Source: Macrostomum lignano
Lineage: Eukaryota
Assembly: GCA_002269645.1 (NCBI GenBank)
Contig: NIVC01000691.1
Span: 412,614-476,613 of the forward strand
Length of the DNA stretch: 64,000 bases
Direction of reading: 5' to 3'
The notes beneath the pieces were generated by a model. It was not told the origin of the DNA and searched no databases. It was given only the letters and a program-made list of their open reading frames with translations. A program made the translations under genes and the position numbers. Every line of letters starts with the position of its first letter. The stretch's first letter is position 1. This document shows positions 47,350-58,808 of the stretch, piece after piece.

Positions 47350-47883
47350 ATGTCTTCTATCTCTCTATACGAAAACTTTGTGGCGCGGAAGCCCACATTT
47401 GAAACTGAACACAACTTGATTGAAATTCGGCGTCTCTACACCAACGAGGCCGGAGTGTGGAAGGACGGCTTCCCTGCAATCTACTTGAGCGAGCCAGAGT
47501 GGAAGAAGCTCGAAGCTGCGCGCCCTGACCTGGAGGCTGCTGCCCGCCTTCACGTGAACAAGCGGGTCCTGTTGGGCAATTTCAAGGCAGTTGAAGCTTC
47601 GCGAGGGAGGATCCGTTTGCTGCGCAATTGGCTCAATCAGGACCCAAAGTTTAATTGGCGCTACACGATCGAATTCACGCCTGAACTGTGGCGCAGGATG
47701 TTTGCCTCCCGTTTGGACAAGCTCTTCAAGCCGGCACCTGAGGCACCCCCTCCAGCCAAGCGAGTCAAGACAGACACGCCTCCGGTAGCAGGGACTGAGG
47801 TGGATGTTCTTCAGCTCGTGGGTCTCAAACCCTACCAATCTCCACCCTGGGAAAATCTGTTTAACGAGGGTTGGGACTGCTAG
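47350..47883 (+). CDS. PC4/p15-like ssDNA-binding protein, possibly tandem domains, 177 aa
   Basis: IEIRRLYTNEAGVWKDGFPAIYLSEPEWKKL...DLEAAAR follows the PC4 pattern IDIR...G..K.G..I.L...W..L. A second degenerate copy follows, then PPAKRVK (NLS-like). Confidence 0.7.
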   Translation: MSSISLYENFVARKPTFETEHNLIEIRRLYTNEAGVWKDGFPAIYLSEPEWKKLEAARPDLEAAARLHVNKRVLLGNFKAVEASRGRIRLLRNWLNQDPKFNWRYTIEFTPELWRRMFASRLDKLFKPAPEAPPPAKRVKTDTPPVAGTEVDVLQLVGLKPYQSPPWENLFNEGWDC

Positions 47884-47997
47884 TTTCCTATTGGCTCACA
47901 CCGCCTCACTCGATCCGTCTATATAATTAGTGTTTCCCCTCTCCAGAGAGTCAAACCCTATCTCAGCTCTAATACTTTACTCTCTGTTGATTCTAGC

Positions 47998-49015
47998 ATG
48001 TCCCGCCGAGCTCTATCCAACCTCTGGGATAATAATCGCCCGACTGAAGAGTTAACCAGCCTCGACGGGGATATCCCAGAACACATAGTTCCCCTAGGCA
48101 CTGAAAACAACGGAAGTGATAATTGGGAGGCTGATCAATATCTAGCTTGGGCTATGTCCTATGATAGCGACACCGAGTCTGAAGTTTTTGACCTCCCGCT
48201 GCTGGCTATCGGCGGGGTTGTGAACGGTGCCCCTGCTGCTACTGCCTCCGATTTGACTACCGCCTCAGCCGCCCTCTTTGACGTCTCTGTTGAGGAGCTG
48301 ACCACAACCGGCCCTGCCTCTGCTGCGCCCGTCTCTGCTGCTGCCGCCTCTACTACGCCCGTCTCTGCTGCTGCTTCAACTACCTCCCACCGGGCCTCAA
48401 TATCATCAGCCACTACGCTCCTTCTCTTCGACGACGACGAGGACGAGGATATGTCTGAGGAGATCGCCGTGGTTCGTGAGCGCTTTCCCCGCATTGTGGC
48501 CTCATTTTTCCGCGGGGACATTGACTGGTTGAGGTCTCGCCACCCAGGCGGGCTGCCTTCCTAAGCCACCTTTGTCAGAGCCTTTAATCGGGTTCTTGAT
48601 ACTTTGGTTGCGAGGGGTGCCGGCCTACGGGAGGTGCTGGAGGCTGAGACTCTGCACCAGGACTGGTTGATGGGGCGCAATTCGTATGCCCCCGACTCGG
48701 AGGCGTACCTGGCCGGTCCGGGAGCACGGCCAACTGCGTGGGATGAGCCCGCCGCATGGCCCTCCAACTGGGAGGAGCACCTTTCGTTGGTGCGCTATAC
48801 AGCGTCTCTACGTCTGTGGCGGCTGGAGGACGATTTAGATTTGGTAAGATATTACATTATATACACAACTCATCTAATCATATACCTTGCATATATTCTA
48901 TCTACATTGACTGTTATAATTTCCACATTGCCAGTCATCCGACTACTGCTTCGAGAGCGTGGAGGAAGAGGCCGCGTACGAGACAGCCCTGAGGGAGCGT
49001 ATGGAGATTGACTGA
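47998..49015 (+). CDS. Orphan acidic protein; probable join(47998..48843,48935..49015) with an in-frame TAA at 48562
   Basis: The ORFs at 47998 and 48604 are in the same frame, separated only by one TAA. GT-AG intron 48844-48934 gives the terminal exon SSDYCFESVEEEAAYETALRERMEID*. Upstream ATTGG and TATATAA at ~47890-47926. Confidence 0.5.
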
Positions 49016-49328
49016 TAAGGGTATTTCTCTTTGTACGCGGTTTGGGGAACCCAACACTGTACACTGGGTAGGTTAGAATGGGCGCTAGCTGGGGGCCTCT
49101 ATGTGTGTATACACGGGGGTTAAAAGACCAATTCTGATAGCTCGCTCCTAGGGAGGAAATTGGCAGAGGGGCCGGCCCAAAAAACTGAAATGGGCTGGCC
49201 CCGGGCTCGAGTCCACCCACCTAAAATATGGAGGGTCATTACAACCTAATGACTCGAAATACTTTCAACGCAATTGTACCTATAAGAGGGTTAGGGCGGC
49301 GGCGGCGGTGGCGAAAACGGGCGGCTAA

Positions 49329-50220
49329 AACCTCCCTTTTGGGATTTCCCCGAACCGCTTTTGTTTAAAATTTTTATGCACCTGCGGGTTAGACAATATT
49401 TACTCTTTAGTCGGTGTGACATTATTTACGCGTCTGTTGCACCTGGGCGTTTGCCTATAATCTGATTATACATGCGCACCTGCATTATACAACTACGCCT
49501 TATGCATGCCTTGTAAACCCGCTTTATACATTAATCCGATATGTATCGAAAGTACACTTTGTAAACCTGCTGTGTGTGTATTTCCACCTATGTAGCGCCT
49601 ACAGTACCTGCTTTGTCTATTTCTGCCCATGCACCTACATTGTGTGTTTTTGCTGCTCATATGCTCCAATATGTATTATGCGTCATTATTCACACCTACC
49701 AATATGTTTTATCTACTTTTTATGTAAATATACGCAATTTCATCTACTATAAGTAGTTTTCACTAGCCTAATATCGTTGACTACATATCGGAAGAGTGGT
49801 AGAGTGTACATATCGGGAGAGTGGTAGAGTGTACCTTTGGCTCGGTAGAGTGTACACTCGGGGTGCCTGCGGCTCGGTAGAGTGTACACTCGGGGTGCCT
49901 GCGGCTCGGTAGAGTGTACACTCGGGGTGCCTGCGGCATGGGCGCCTGCTGCTCTGGAGGGTGCGCTTGGGATCTGATTGATTTGGGATCTGATTGATTT
50001 GGGATCTGATTGATTTATTGGGATCTAATATCGGTAGGTGCGCCTGCGGCTGGGGAGGGTCGCCTGCGGCGCTTGGCGCCTGCGGCGCGCGCGCGCGCCG
50101 AGCGCCGATATCGATACGGGTATCGATCACCTAGTGATCGGGGCGCCAGCCAATGAGAGGCGAGGAGGGTTGACACCCACCTCACCTCCAAAATCAAGCC
50201 TTACGGGTTCATATAGTAGT
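49329..50220 (-). repeat. Right TIR (892 bp)
   Basis: Reverse complement of 40764-41655. Confidence 0.95.
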
Positions 50221-51360
50221 ATCCTCGGTCACTAAGCGCTGGTAACTGTTTTCTGAACCAGCGTCCAAGCGGTTCAGCAGGTTGATGGCACACTCAGTGT
50301 GCTGAACCCAGTGTTCAGGCCGCAACAGCCTCGGGACCCAGCGGGCACTCAGCTTGCTCAGACCAAGACAGTCCGTCACAATGGAGTGAGCACTGCCATG
50401 AGCAATGCCCACTTTGTCAGCAATATTGTCTATGGTCACGCGCCGATCCAGCTCAATCACTGGCTGCACAGCTGCCACATTTTCCCCTGTGCGCAATGTT
50501 GTGGGCCTTTCCGACCGCTGGGCGTCTTCCGTGGACTCTCGGCCTTCCTTAAAAGCCTGAATCCAGCAATAAATGGTTGGATCTGGTGGAGCAGTGTCCC
50601 CATAGACCTTCCTCAAAGCGTCAATGATTTCGGCTGGCTTCCAACCAAGCTATACAAGAAACGTCACGTTAGTACGAGCTTCGATTTTTGAATTTTCCAT
50701 TGCTGAAAGGGTATACTGTGATTAGAGTGTCACCATGCAGGCATCAATCACTTTAGAAGAACCAAAACTCTGTCAAATAAAGATCAAAAGATGTTTTTTT
50801 CAAATGAAACCAGTTGCAGTTCAATAACTCTGATATTTTAGGCGTGACAGCAAAATTATCATTACTTTTTGACTTCCCCTCGTATATATAGTAAATGTGG
50901 GACGTCTTCCTTGAAAAATGTTTTGGTGCGAGCTCAAATGGCATCAATCGATAGAAGCGCAACCACGTTCTAGGGGGAGACCATATTCAACCCATGCTTC
51001 GACGAATATCTACATTTATGACCAAAACCGTGTATGGGGAGAGCCAAGGATTGCCCCTATGTTGACTTAGCTCCTCAGGAAGCGAAATGCTAAAGAATTC
51101 CCATAGACTAAACTCGTGCATATTTAGTGTATTTATTAGCGCTTCGTGTGTAAATGTTTAGTCTAAAAAATCTATGGGAATTCTTTAGAGTGTCGCTTCC
51201 TGAGGAGCGAAGCGAATATAGAAGCTTTCTTGGGAGAGCATTGCGCTATTCAATGCTTTTAGATAATATACCAATATGGATGGGCTGCTTAGGGCAGAAA
51301 TGAGCGCTCCACGCCTCGACCGTTTCGCTCATTTCTGCCCCAAGCAGCCTATCCATATTA

Positions 51361-51993
51361 TAGGATTTTTCGTTTGATTTCATAAAATTGTCATTTGATC
51401 GTATTCAACTGCGAACTCTGCCATCGTACTCTCCATTTCTTAACGCCACGGAGCAGGCACACAGTTGTCTCAAGGCTTCGCTTAAACGCCAGCTAGCAAC
51501 ACCTGAGCTTCAACAGGAACTTAGCTATCCGCCTGATGGCATCAACCTAACGCAGTGGAGACTCATGGTGCTTTTCCGCTGCGGCTACGTTGCACTAGAG
51601 GAAATTTCCGCCGCGAAGTGCCTTGCCTGGGAACGACATGTGATGCGGTTTCTGCCCCTGTGCATCAATGAGCAGCAGATAATGTGAAATTTGTAGCTTG
51701 TTGCAGCGAACGAGCATTAACTTTGGCGGACATAACTGATTTCACTGTTGCAACTGCCTACTTCCTCATGTGACTTGAATACACAGCTTTCTGTTTTTAA
51801 CAGTTCTTTCTGTACGGGACAAGCGCATCGACTTTTCTGTTGCCTTTCTACTGGGTATGTCGAAATGAAGTGGCAAAGTTATGAATTCAATTGGAAAACA
51901 GCGCACTTTATTGCCATAGACTCTATGGCCGCGCTGCCAACTTCTATGGACGAAATAAAATGACAATTTTATGAAATCAAACGAAAAATCCTA
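51361..51993 (+). mobile_element. Internally deleted Tc1/IS630-like element
   Basis: 36-bp TIRs TAGGATTTTTCGTTTGATTTCATAAAATTGTCATTT flanked by TA (boundary could shift by 2). Contains the transposase C-terminal piece LPSYSPFLNATE (51388-51687). Confidence 0.75.
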
Positions 51994-52330
51994 TATTATT
52001 ATGGCATAACAGAGCCAGCAACTAAAGCGGGCACGAAATGATATTCCGCGCCCGCTGTCACTGTCTATGGTAAAAATTTCTACGAAGGACCCCTAACTAT
52101 TTCTATATAGTAGCCTGTATTCCTCGATTATTTCTCCATTTTCTCCTCAGTATTTTTTTGCATCATGTTGCGCTAGGACAGAATACGCAAAAGCGAAATA
52201 GGCGTTTTGACTGGCGATTAGTTGGATTTTGTCGTTCGTCTTGTAAACCGCGAGGATACCGCGTTTCAATCGGCCAATGGGCAGGCCTTACTGAGAACCT
52301 GGAACGCCTCAACGACGAGGAACTCCGTGA

Positions 52331-52504
52331 TCCAACCAACGTTGCGTGTTGCGTGAGTTGACCTCTGAAGAACAAGATCTTCTGCGACAGGCAGAGGAGG
52401 ATAGCAAGCGAAAGCCTACCGCCAAGCAGACGGAACAACATATTCAAAGGTTTAAAAAGTTTCTGATGGAGGAGGGAATGCCAACCGACATTGAAAGCAT
52501 CTGA
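52331..52504 (+). pseudogene. Crypton tyrosine-recombinase N-terminal fragment
   Basis: Read by eye: LRELTSEEQDLLRQAEEDSKRKPTAKQTEQHIQRFKKFLMEEGMPTDIESI*, resembling the N-terminus of the ORF at 53258 (STEKATATFAACFRKFLEDRGLPSQLETI). Confidence 0.5.
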
Positions 52505-53257
52505 TGCTGGTTCAAATTCTCTTTCGAACTGCATGATAGCCATTAGCAATTCAGTTGGCGAAGCACCCCAAGGACCACTAGATACTACGGTAACTTCTAG
52601 TGGTCCTTGCACCCAATTCGTTTGGGAACTGCAAGTTCGAAAACTGTACCTGAACATCACCCCCAACAAGTGAGTGTCTGATCGAGCAGACTGAAATTTT
52701 AGCATGTTTGAGACAATGATGCGTCGCCTACTTCACTATATACGTAAATAAGAGCTATTTATCAGCTCACGTTGAATTCGTTTTAATACGTTATTCTGGA
52801 AATTGATTCTGCTTGTTTACTCGCCTCTTGTTTTCAAAGAGGCATAAAAATAAAGAATATATGCCATTAGGTTTGGCCATAGACATCGGCCGCGGGAAAA
52901 TATCGTTGGTTTCACCCTCATTTCGACACGCCCTGGCCTGCCATAATGTATCTAAGGCGTTATGGGGAAGCCAAAGAGGGCGACGAAGGCGCCCGAGGGA
53001 TTTCTCATTATCGCCCGCAAAGCCTTGGTAATACTGATTGTACCATAGACTATGTGGCTGAGTAGTTATACGAGCACATGAGCTGCATTGATGAATATGG
53101 GCATGGGGTGTGGGGGCGAAGCCCCCAAATTTCAACCATAGACAAAAATTTAGTGAGAAACTATACAGAAGCGAAGAGAAGCTAAAAACGAGAGAAAGAA
53201 GCGAGACTGCTGCCGTCATATGCAAGACCTGACCAAGACCTGAATGAAATTGCCAAG

Positions 53258-54390
53258 ATGGAGGACATGGGCAAAGTCTTGTCTACTGAGAAGGCAACAG
53301 CTACGTTCGCTGCTTGCTTCCGAAAGTTTCTTGAAGATCGAGGACTGCCATCACAACTTGAGACGATACCGACTCGATATTTATGTCAGTATCTGCGCCT
53401 GTACTTTTTTGTGGTTAAAAAGGATGATGGAACCGCGTACAGTTGCAGTTCTCTGGTATGTATGCGCGCAGGAATCCACCGGTACTTGAAGAATTTACGA
53501 GGATTGGATATCATCGGCAATGTTGAATTTAGCGCTTTTGAGAAGACTTTCAGGGCTGCTCTTACGTACTCGCTGAAGAAACCAGCTTCAGTGATGGATG
53601 GTGACGGTGGGTATCGCGCATTAGAGCCTGAAGATTTGGCGTTGTTGCGTGCGTATTTTGACCGTAGCTCGCCACAGAAACTGCAACAGGAAGTCTTCTT
53701 TCTCCTGAGCTCGCACTTTGCCTTTCGTGGACGTGAATGGATTCGAGGGCTTGAGAAAAAGATGTAATTCTGCGGGAATCTACTGCGGGTATGATATGCG
53801 TTGACTTATCGAAGGAAAAGAAAGAAAAGTGTGTGTCCGCCGATGCCCCTCGGTCCAATCGGGAGATTGGGATTTTTCCTGTGCAAGACAAGTCTGTGTG
53901 TCCAGTTGAAGCGATCAAACTGTATCTTTCGAAGCTTCCATCTGAGAATAGCTGTCTGTTTCCCAGGCCTGCCATCAAGTGGCAGAATGGAGCATGGTAT
54001 TGCCCAAAGGACGAATTGGGCAAGAACTCATTGGCCAACATGATGAAGACGATCTCGAAAGCGGCCAGGCTCTCGCGGAAATACACTAACCATTCTATCC
54101 GCGCAACAACCATAACAAGCCTGTCGTCTGCTGGATTCAGTGCCGAAGCGATTCAAACCGTCTCCGGACACAAAAAGGTGGATAGTGTTGTCCGTTATAC
54201 AAAGCGGACAACGGTGGCCCAGAAGCGAGCATTGTCTTCTGCAATCACAGATAGTCTACATGCCTCTACGTCGAGCGTGGTCAGTAATCAAGCACAAGAG
54301 TCAGTTGCACTGTGCGAACAGTCATCTAGCGTTCCAACTGCCGTCACAACTATTGGCCAGCCTGATAAATCCGGCCCGACGATCGTCTAA
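53258..54390 (+). CDS. Crypton-type tyrosine recombinase (DUF3504-like), 377 aa after a +1 A at ~53760
   Basis: Catalytic R (FRGRE), CPV..IKLYLSK, LGKN, HxxR (NHSIR), SGH and Y (VVRY). One frameshift in an A run joins the two ORFs. Confidence 0.85.
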
Positions 54391-54964
54391 AAAACGGGGC
54401 TAAATGTTACGTTTATATATGAGTGCGAAAAGAACGCTTTGCAAAAGTTGAATTTGGCTCTAGACTCTGACTGCTTTGTTTGATTTGTTTGTTTGTCTTT
54501 TGATTATTTGGCTGAAATACATGAAATGGAAATAATCCATTATCGGCCCGAATTTTTGTGGCCAAAATGAAATCGTCTATGGCAATAATCAAATATAAGC
54601 CCGCCCGATATAGCCACGTAGTCATGGTACAATATTTTGTCTATGGTAAAAATTATCGCAACTTTGATTTCACTCGATAGTGTATGTGTATGTATATGTA
54701 TGTGTATGTGTATTTCACTCTGTGTATGTGGTTTTAGCGTCACTTCTGTATAATGTCCTTAGGTTCTGGATAATGTCCACGACTTGTGGATAATGTCCAC
54801 AATTAATTTAGCAAAACAGCATACCACACAGTAACAAACAATACAATACAATGCACAGTACAAAGAGGTGACAAGAAGCACTAGGAAATACAGTCAAATT
54901 TCAATAAGGCTAAAGTCTCGAAATATTTTGGCTGGTAGTTGTAGTTTCAGTTCCACATGAATTC

Positions 54965-55325
54965 TCAGACCGCGCATTGGTTCAACGTGTATTTTTGCAT
55001 GACGAAGATGTTCTTGCCATTTGGGTGAGCGTTTGCGAAGTTGACCACCTCCTGGACCGTTGAGCTCTGAATGTTGACTGGGCAGACGCTTGTGTTGACT
55101 GCTGGGCTATCTGTTGTACTGGCTGATGGGCACGCGCTCGTAATAGCATGTCCATCTGAATCCGGTGTAATGTTTTTCTCTATGTTCAGTACCTTGCTAA
55201 CGGTGTCGCTGCACTTCTTTAGCACCTTGTCACGTCTGATTGAGAGATATCGGCGAACGGTCTTTTCGCACTTCTGGCCGGTTATCGCCATGATGTCGGG
55301 CCATGGAATGTCCAGCAGCTGCTTC
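54965..55325 (-). pseudogene. Crypton tyrosine-recombinase C-terminal fragment
   Basis: DIMAITGQKCEKTVRRY resembles the IM..TGH.S..S...Y end of YRs (His replaced by Gln), followed by a low-complexity tail like that of the ORF at 53258. Confidence 0.5.
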
Positions 55326-55947
55326 TAAGTCGCACACCCTGCTGACTCTAACCAGAAGAAAGACATCGAATCGGCAAGTTAGCCCAGTTAATCAGATGCA
55401 CTTGGTCTGCCATGATGTTTTTCTAGCTAGTAGGGTTATTTGAGAGATTTCATTTTCTCCATCCTCTCTCCCCCTCAATGCCTTTTTTCGAAAACATAGT
55501 CTATGGCCAAAAATATGATAAGATAAGCAGCCTATGGCCGTACAAGTTCAACCAAATATTCTGTCTATGGTACTTCCGAGCTACGCGCACTCGTGATCTA
55601 GGCGTTGCTGAATTTAGCCAACTCGTGCCCCACCCTCATTATCCCGAGTTCTGACCTTCGTCTTAACACACCCATTACATTTAATAAAATGAGCTGTTAA
55701 ATTCACACTTTAAACTCAGAACCATTAGACAAAATTGGTATATTTTGTTACGCAGAAAGCGATTAAAGTGAATAAGAATTTTGTGGGGCACATAGCGAAC
55801 AAGTCAAAACTGCAACTTTCACTAAACTGTCAGACGACGCGTGATTATTCAGATATGTTCTCACGGGCCAAGGGCAGAAAGCGCAGTGTGTTAGCAAACT
55901 AGACTGTACTCTTGGCAACTGTGGTTGACATCCACGCCTGACTCCGA

Positions 55948-56518
55948 GACTGGAATCAGACCCCTGTACACTTGGACTGGAATCAGACCCCTGTACACTT
56001 GGACTGGAATCAGACCCCTGTACACTTGGACTGGAATCAGACCCCTGTACACTTGAACTGGAAACAGACCCCTGCACACTTGGACTGGAAACAGACCCCT
56101 GTACACTTGGACTGGAATCAGACCCCTGTACACTTGGACTGGAAACAGACCCCTGTACACTTGGACTGGAATCAGACCCCTGTACACTTGGACTGGAATC
56201 AGACCCCTGTACACTTGGACTGGAATCAGACCCCTGTACACTTGAACTGGAAACAGACCCCTGTACACTTGAACTGGAAACAGACCCCTGCACACTTGGA
56301 CTGGAAACAGACCCCTGCACACTTGGACTGGAATCAGACCCCTGTACACTTGGACTGGAAACAGACCTTTGTACACTTGGACTGGAATCAGACCCCTGTA
56401 CACTTGGACTGGAATCAGACCCCTGTACACTTGGACTGGAAGCAGACCCCTGTACACTTGGACTGGAAGCAGACCCCTGCACACTTGGACTGGAAACAGA
56501 CCCCTGTACACACTTGGA
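55948..56518. repeat. 27-bp tandem minisatellite (~21 copies)
   Basis: TGGACTGGAA(T/A)CAGACCCCTG(T/C)ACACT. Confidence 0.95.
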
Positions 56519-56771
56519 TTCGACTTTATAATTAGGCAGCTATGCAAACCGAGGTATCTTGTTGTTTTTTAAGGCTTACACATCATGAGCTTAATAAACG
56601 AGGTTATGTAACAATATACATAAAATTTAAGGTTTGCAAGTCTCGCAGACACAAATAGCTATTCTAAAACATACGGTTTTGGACATTGAACCAAGACTCA
56701 AATTCGTAATAGTTTTTCGATGTGGATGCCATACATGTATAACAGAAAAAACGACAGCAAAACCTGGCTGC

Positions 56772-58048
56772 AATATTAGTTAGTACTCTCATTTGTAATA
56801 TAAGTTAGTACACTCAATTGTAATATAAGTTAGTACACTCATTTGTAATATAAGTTAGTACACTCAATTGTAATATAAGTTAGTACACTCATTTGTAATA
56901 TAAGTTAGTACACTCAATTGTAATATAAGTTAGTACACTCATTTGTAATATAAGTTAGTAAACTCAATTGTAATATAAGTTAGTACACTCATTTGTAATA
57001 TAAGTTAGTACACTCATTTGTAATATAAGTTAGTACAATAAATTGTAATATAAGTTAGTACACTCATTTGTAATATAAGTTAGTACAATCAATTGTAATA
57101 TAAGTTAGTACACTCAATTGTAATATATAAGTTAGTACACTCATTTGTAATATAAGTTAGTACACTCATTTGTAATATAAGTTAGTACACTCAATTGTAA
57201 TATAAGTTAGTACACTCATTTGTAATATAAGTTAGTAAACTCAATTGTAATATAAGTTAGTACACTCATTTGTAATATAAGTTAGTACACTCATTTGTAA
57301 TATAAGTTAGTACAATAAATTGTAATATAAGTTAGTACACTCATTTGTAATATAAGTTAGTACAATCAATTGTAATATAAGTTAGTACACTCAATTGTAA
57401 TATATAAGTTAGTACACTCATTTGTAATATAAGTTAGTACAATCAATTGTAATATAAGTTAGTACACTCATTTGTAATATAAGTTAGTACAATCAATTGT
57501 AATATAAGTTAGTACAATCAATTGTAATATAAGTTAGTACACTCAATTGTAATATAAGTTAGTACACTCAATTGCAATATAAGTTAGTACACTCATTTGT
57601 AATATAAGTTAGTACAATCAATTGTAATATAAGTTAGTACAATCAATTGTAATATTAGTTAGTACACTCATTTGTAATATAAGTTAGTACACTCAATTGT
57701 AATATAAGTTAGTACACTCAATTGTAATATAAGTTAGTACACTCAATTGCAATATAAGTTAGTACACTCATTTGTAATATAAGTTAGTACAATCAATTGT
57801 AATATAAGTTAGTACACTCAATTGCAATATAAGTTAGTACACTCATTTGTAATATAAGTTAGTACACTCATTTGTAATATAAGTTAGTACACTCAATTGT
57901 AATATAAGTTAGTACAATCAATTGTAATATTAGTTAGTACACTCATTTGTAATATAAGTTAGTACACTCAATTGTAATATAAGTTAGTACAATCAATTGT
58001 AATATTAGTTAGTACACTCATTTGTAATATAAGTTAGTACACTCAATT
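56772..58048. repeat. 25-bp AT-rich tandem satellite (~50 copies)
   Basis: TAAGTTAGTACA(C/A)TCA(A/T)TTGTAATA. Confidence 0.95.
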
Positions 58049-58808
58049 ATATTATACGAGTACTGTAAGTTAGTACCCTCAATTGCATGTGCAATTATTA
58101 TGAAGGATATTGATCGAACAGCTGACGTCAAGGACTACGCTAGTATAAAGACGGGAAACTACATTTCTTGGAGGCGGGTTTTACCATTATCTATTATCTA
58201 TTTTATTTATTAGTCTTTTTATCGTTTTCAGCTCACTGCATGTGTAACAAAATTTATGACAGGATTAATAGAGCTATAAGAAAGGCTAAACATATCAAAA
58301 GATGAACATTGGGTTTGCCTCCTATTAAAAGCAATAACAGTTTTTTGTGCTGAGAAAAAACGAAAATTAAAATCCCCGTACTGTATTGTTTTGTAAAACC
58401 GGCCTCCTAAAATTTCCTAAGAAACGTACATGTAATTTCCGGTCCTTCTACGAGTATTTGAGTAGTATATGTAACTGGTGGAAGTAAAATAGCTTATTTT
58501 TCAGTCTGTATTCTCTAATGGAAACTCCTATAACGAGAACTAAGAACCGACATACATGTACAGTACAGTAAATATTTTGCCAGTTGAATTGAGAGTTGGA
58601 TTTTAAAAAGTATCGATTTGGAACAAATGGTACCACATTTTTAATACAGTTATTCTTTGAAATCAAGCATGGACTGCATAAGCGATAAGTTTTGACTGCA
58701 TGGAGCGAGCAGGTCTTCATAATAAGGGTCCCGGTACACGTTCATCAAAGGCATCGTAATCCTTGTCAATTGATGAGGTGAGTCGGAAAACTTGCTTCAG
58801 CATTCCAG

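Larger units (their letters stand above)
40764..50220. mobile_element. Compact Polinton/Maverick-like element (9,457 bp) lacking integrase and virion genes
   Basis: 6-bp TSD ATCCTC (40758-40763, 50221-50226); 892-bp TIRs; termini ACTACT...AGTAGT; encodes pPolB, a PC4-like protein and an orphan gene. Confidence 0.9.
40119..50882 (-). mobile_element. Decayed mariner (DD34D) element, ~1.3 kb, split by the 9.46-kb insertion
   Basis: TA TSDs; ~40-bp TIRs CGAGGGGAAGTCAAAAAGTAATGATAATTTTG. The transposase N-half (50700-50221; WVPR motif, in-frame TAG at codon 17) and C-half (40763-40182; DETW, HHNNAPAH, YSPGLAPSD) rejoin across the insertion. Confidence 0.93.

Noticed and set aside
41656-49328. Integrase, packaging ATPase, adenoviral-type protease or capsid genes in the Polinton-like element
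   Set aside because: No DDE/RVE, Walker A or protease motifs were seen, and the interior is occupied by pPolB, PC4-like and orphan genes. Remote homology of the orphan cannot be excluded without HMM searches.
52163-52705. 180-aa minus-strand ORF
   Set aside because: No motif; the opposite strand gives a better Crypton-like reading.
37005-58048. Regular 25-37-bp repeats as CRISPR arrays
   Set aside because: Units are head-to-tail with no unique spacers, there are no cas genes, and the context is eukaryotic.
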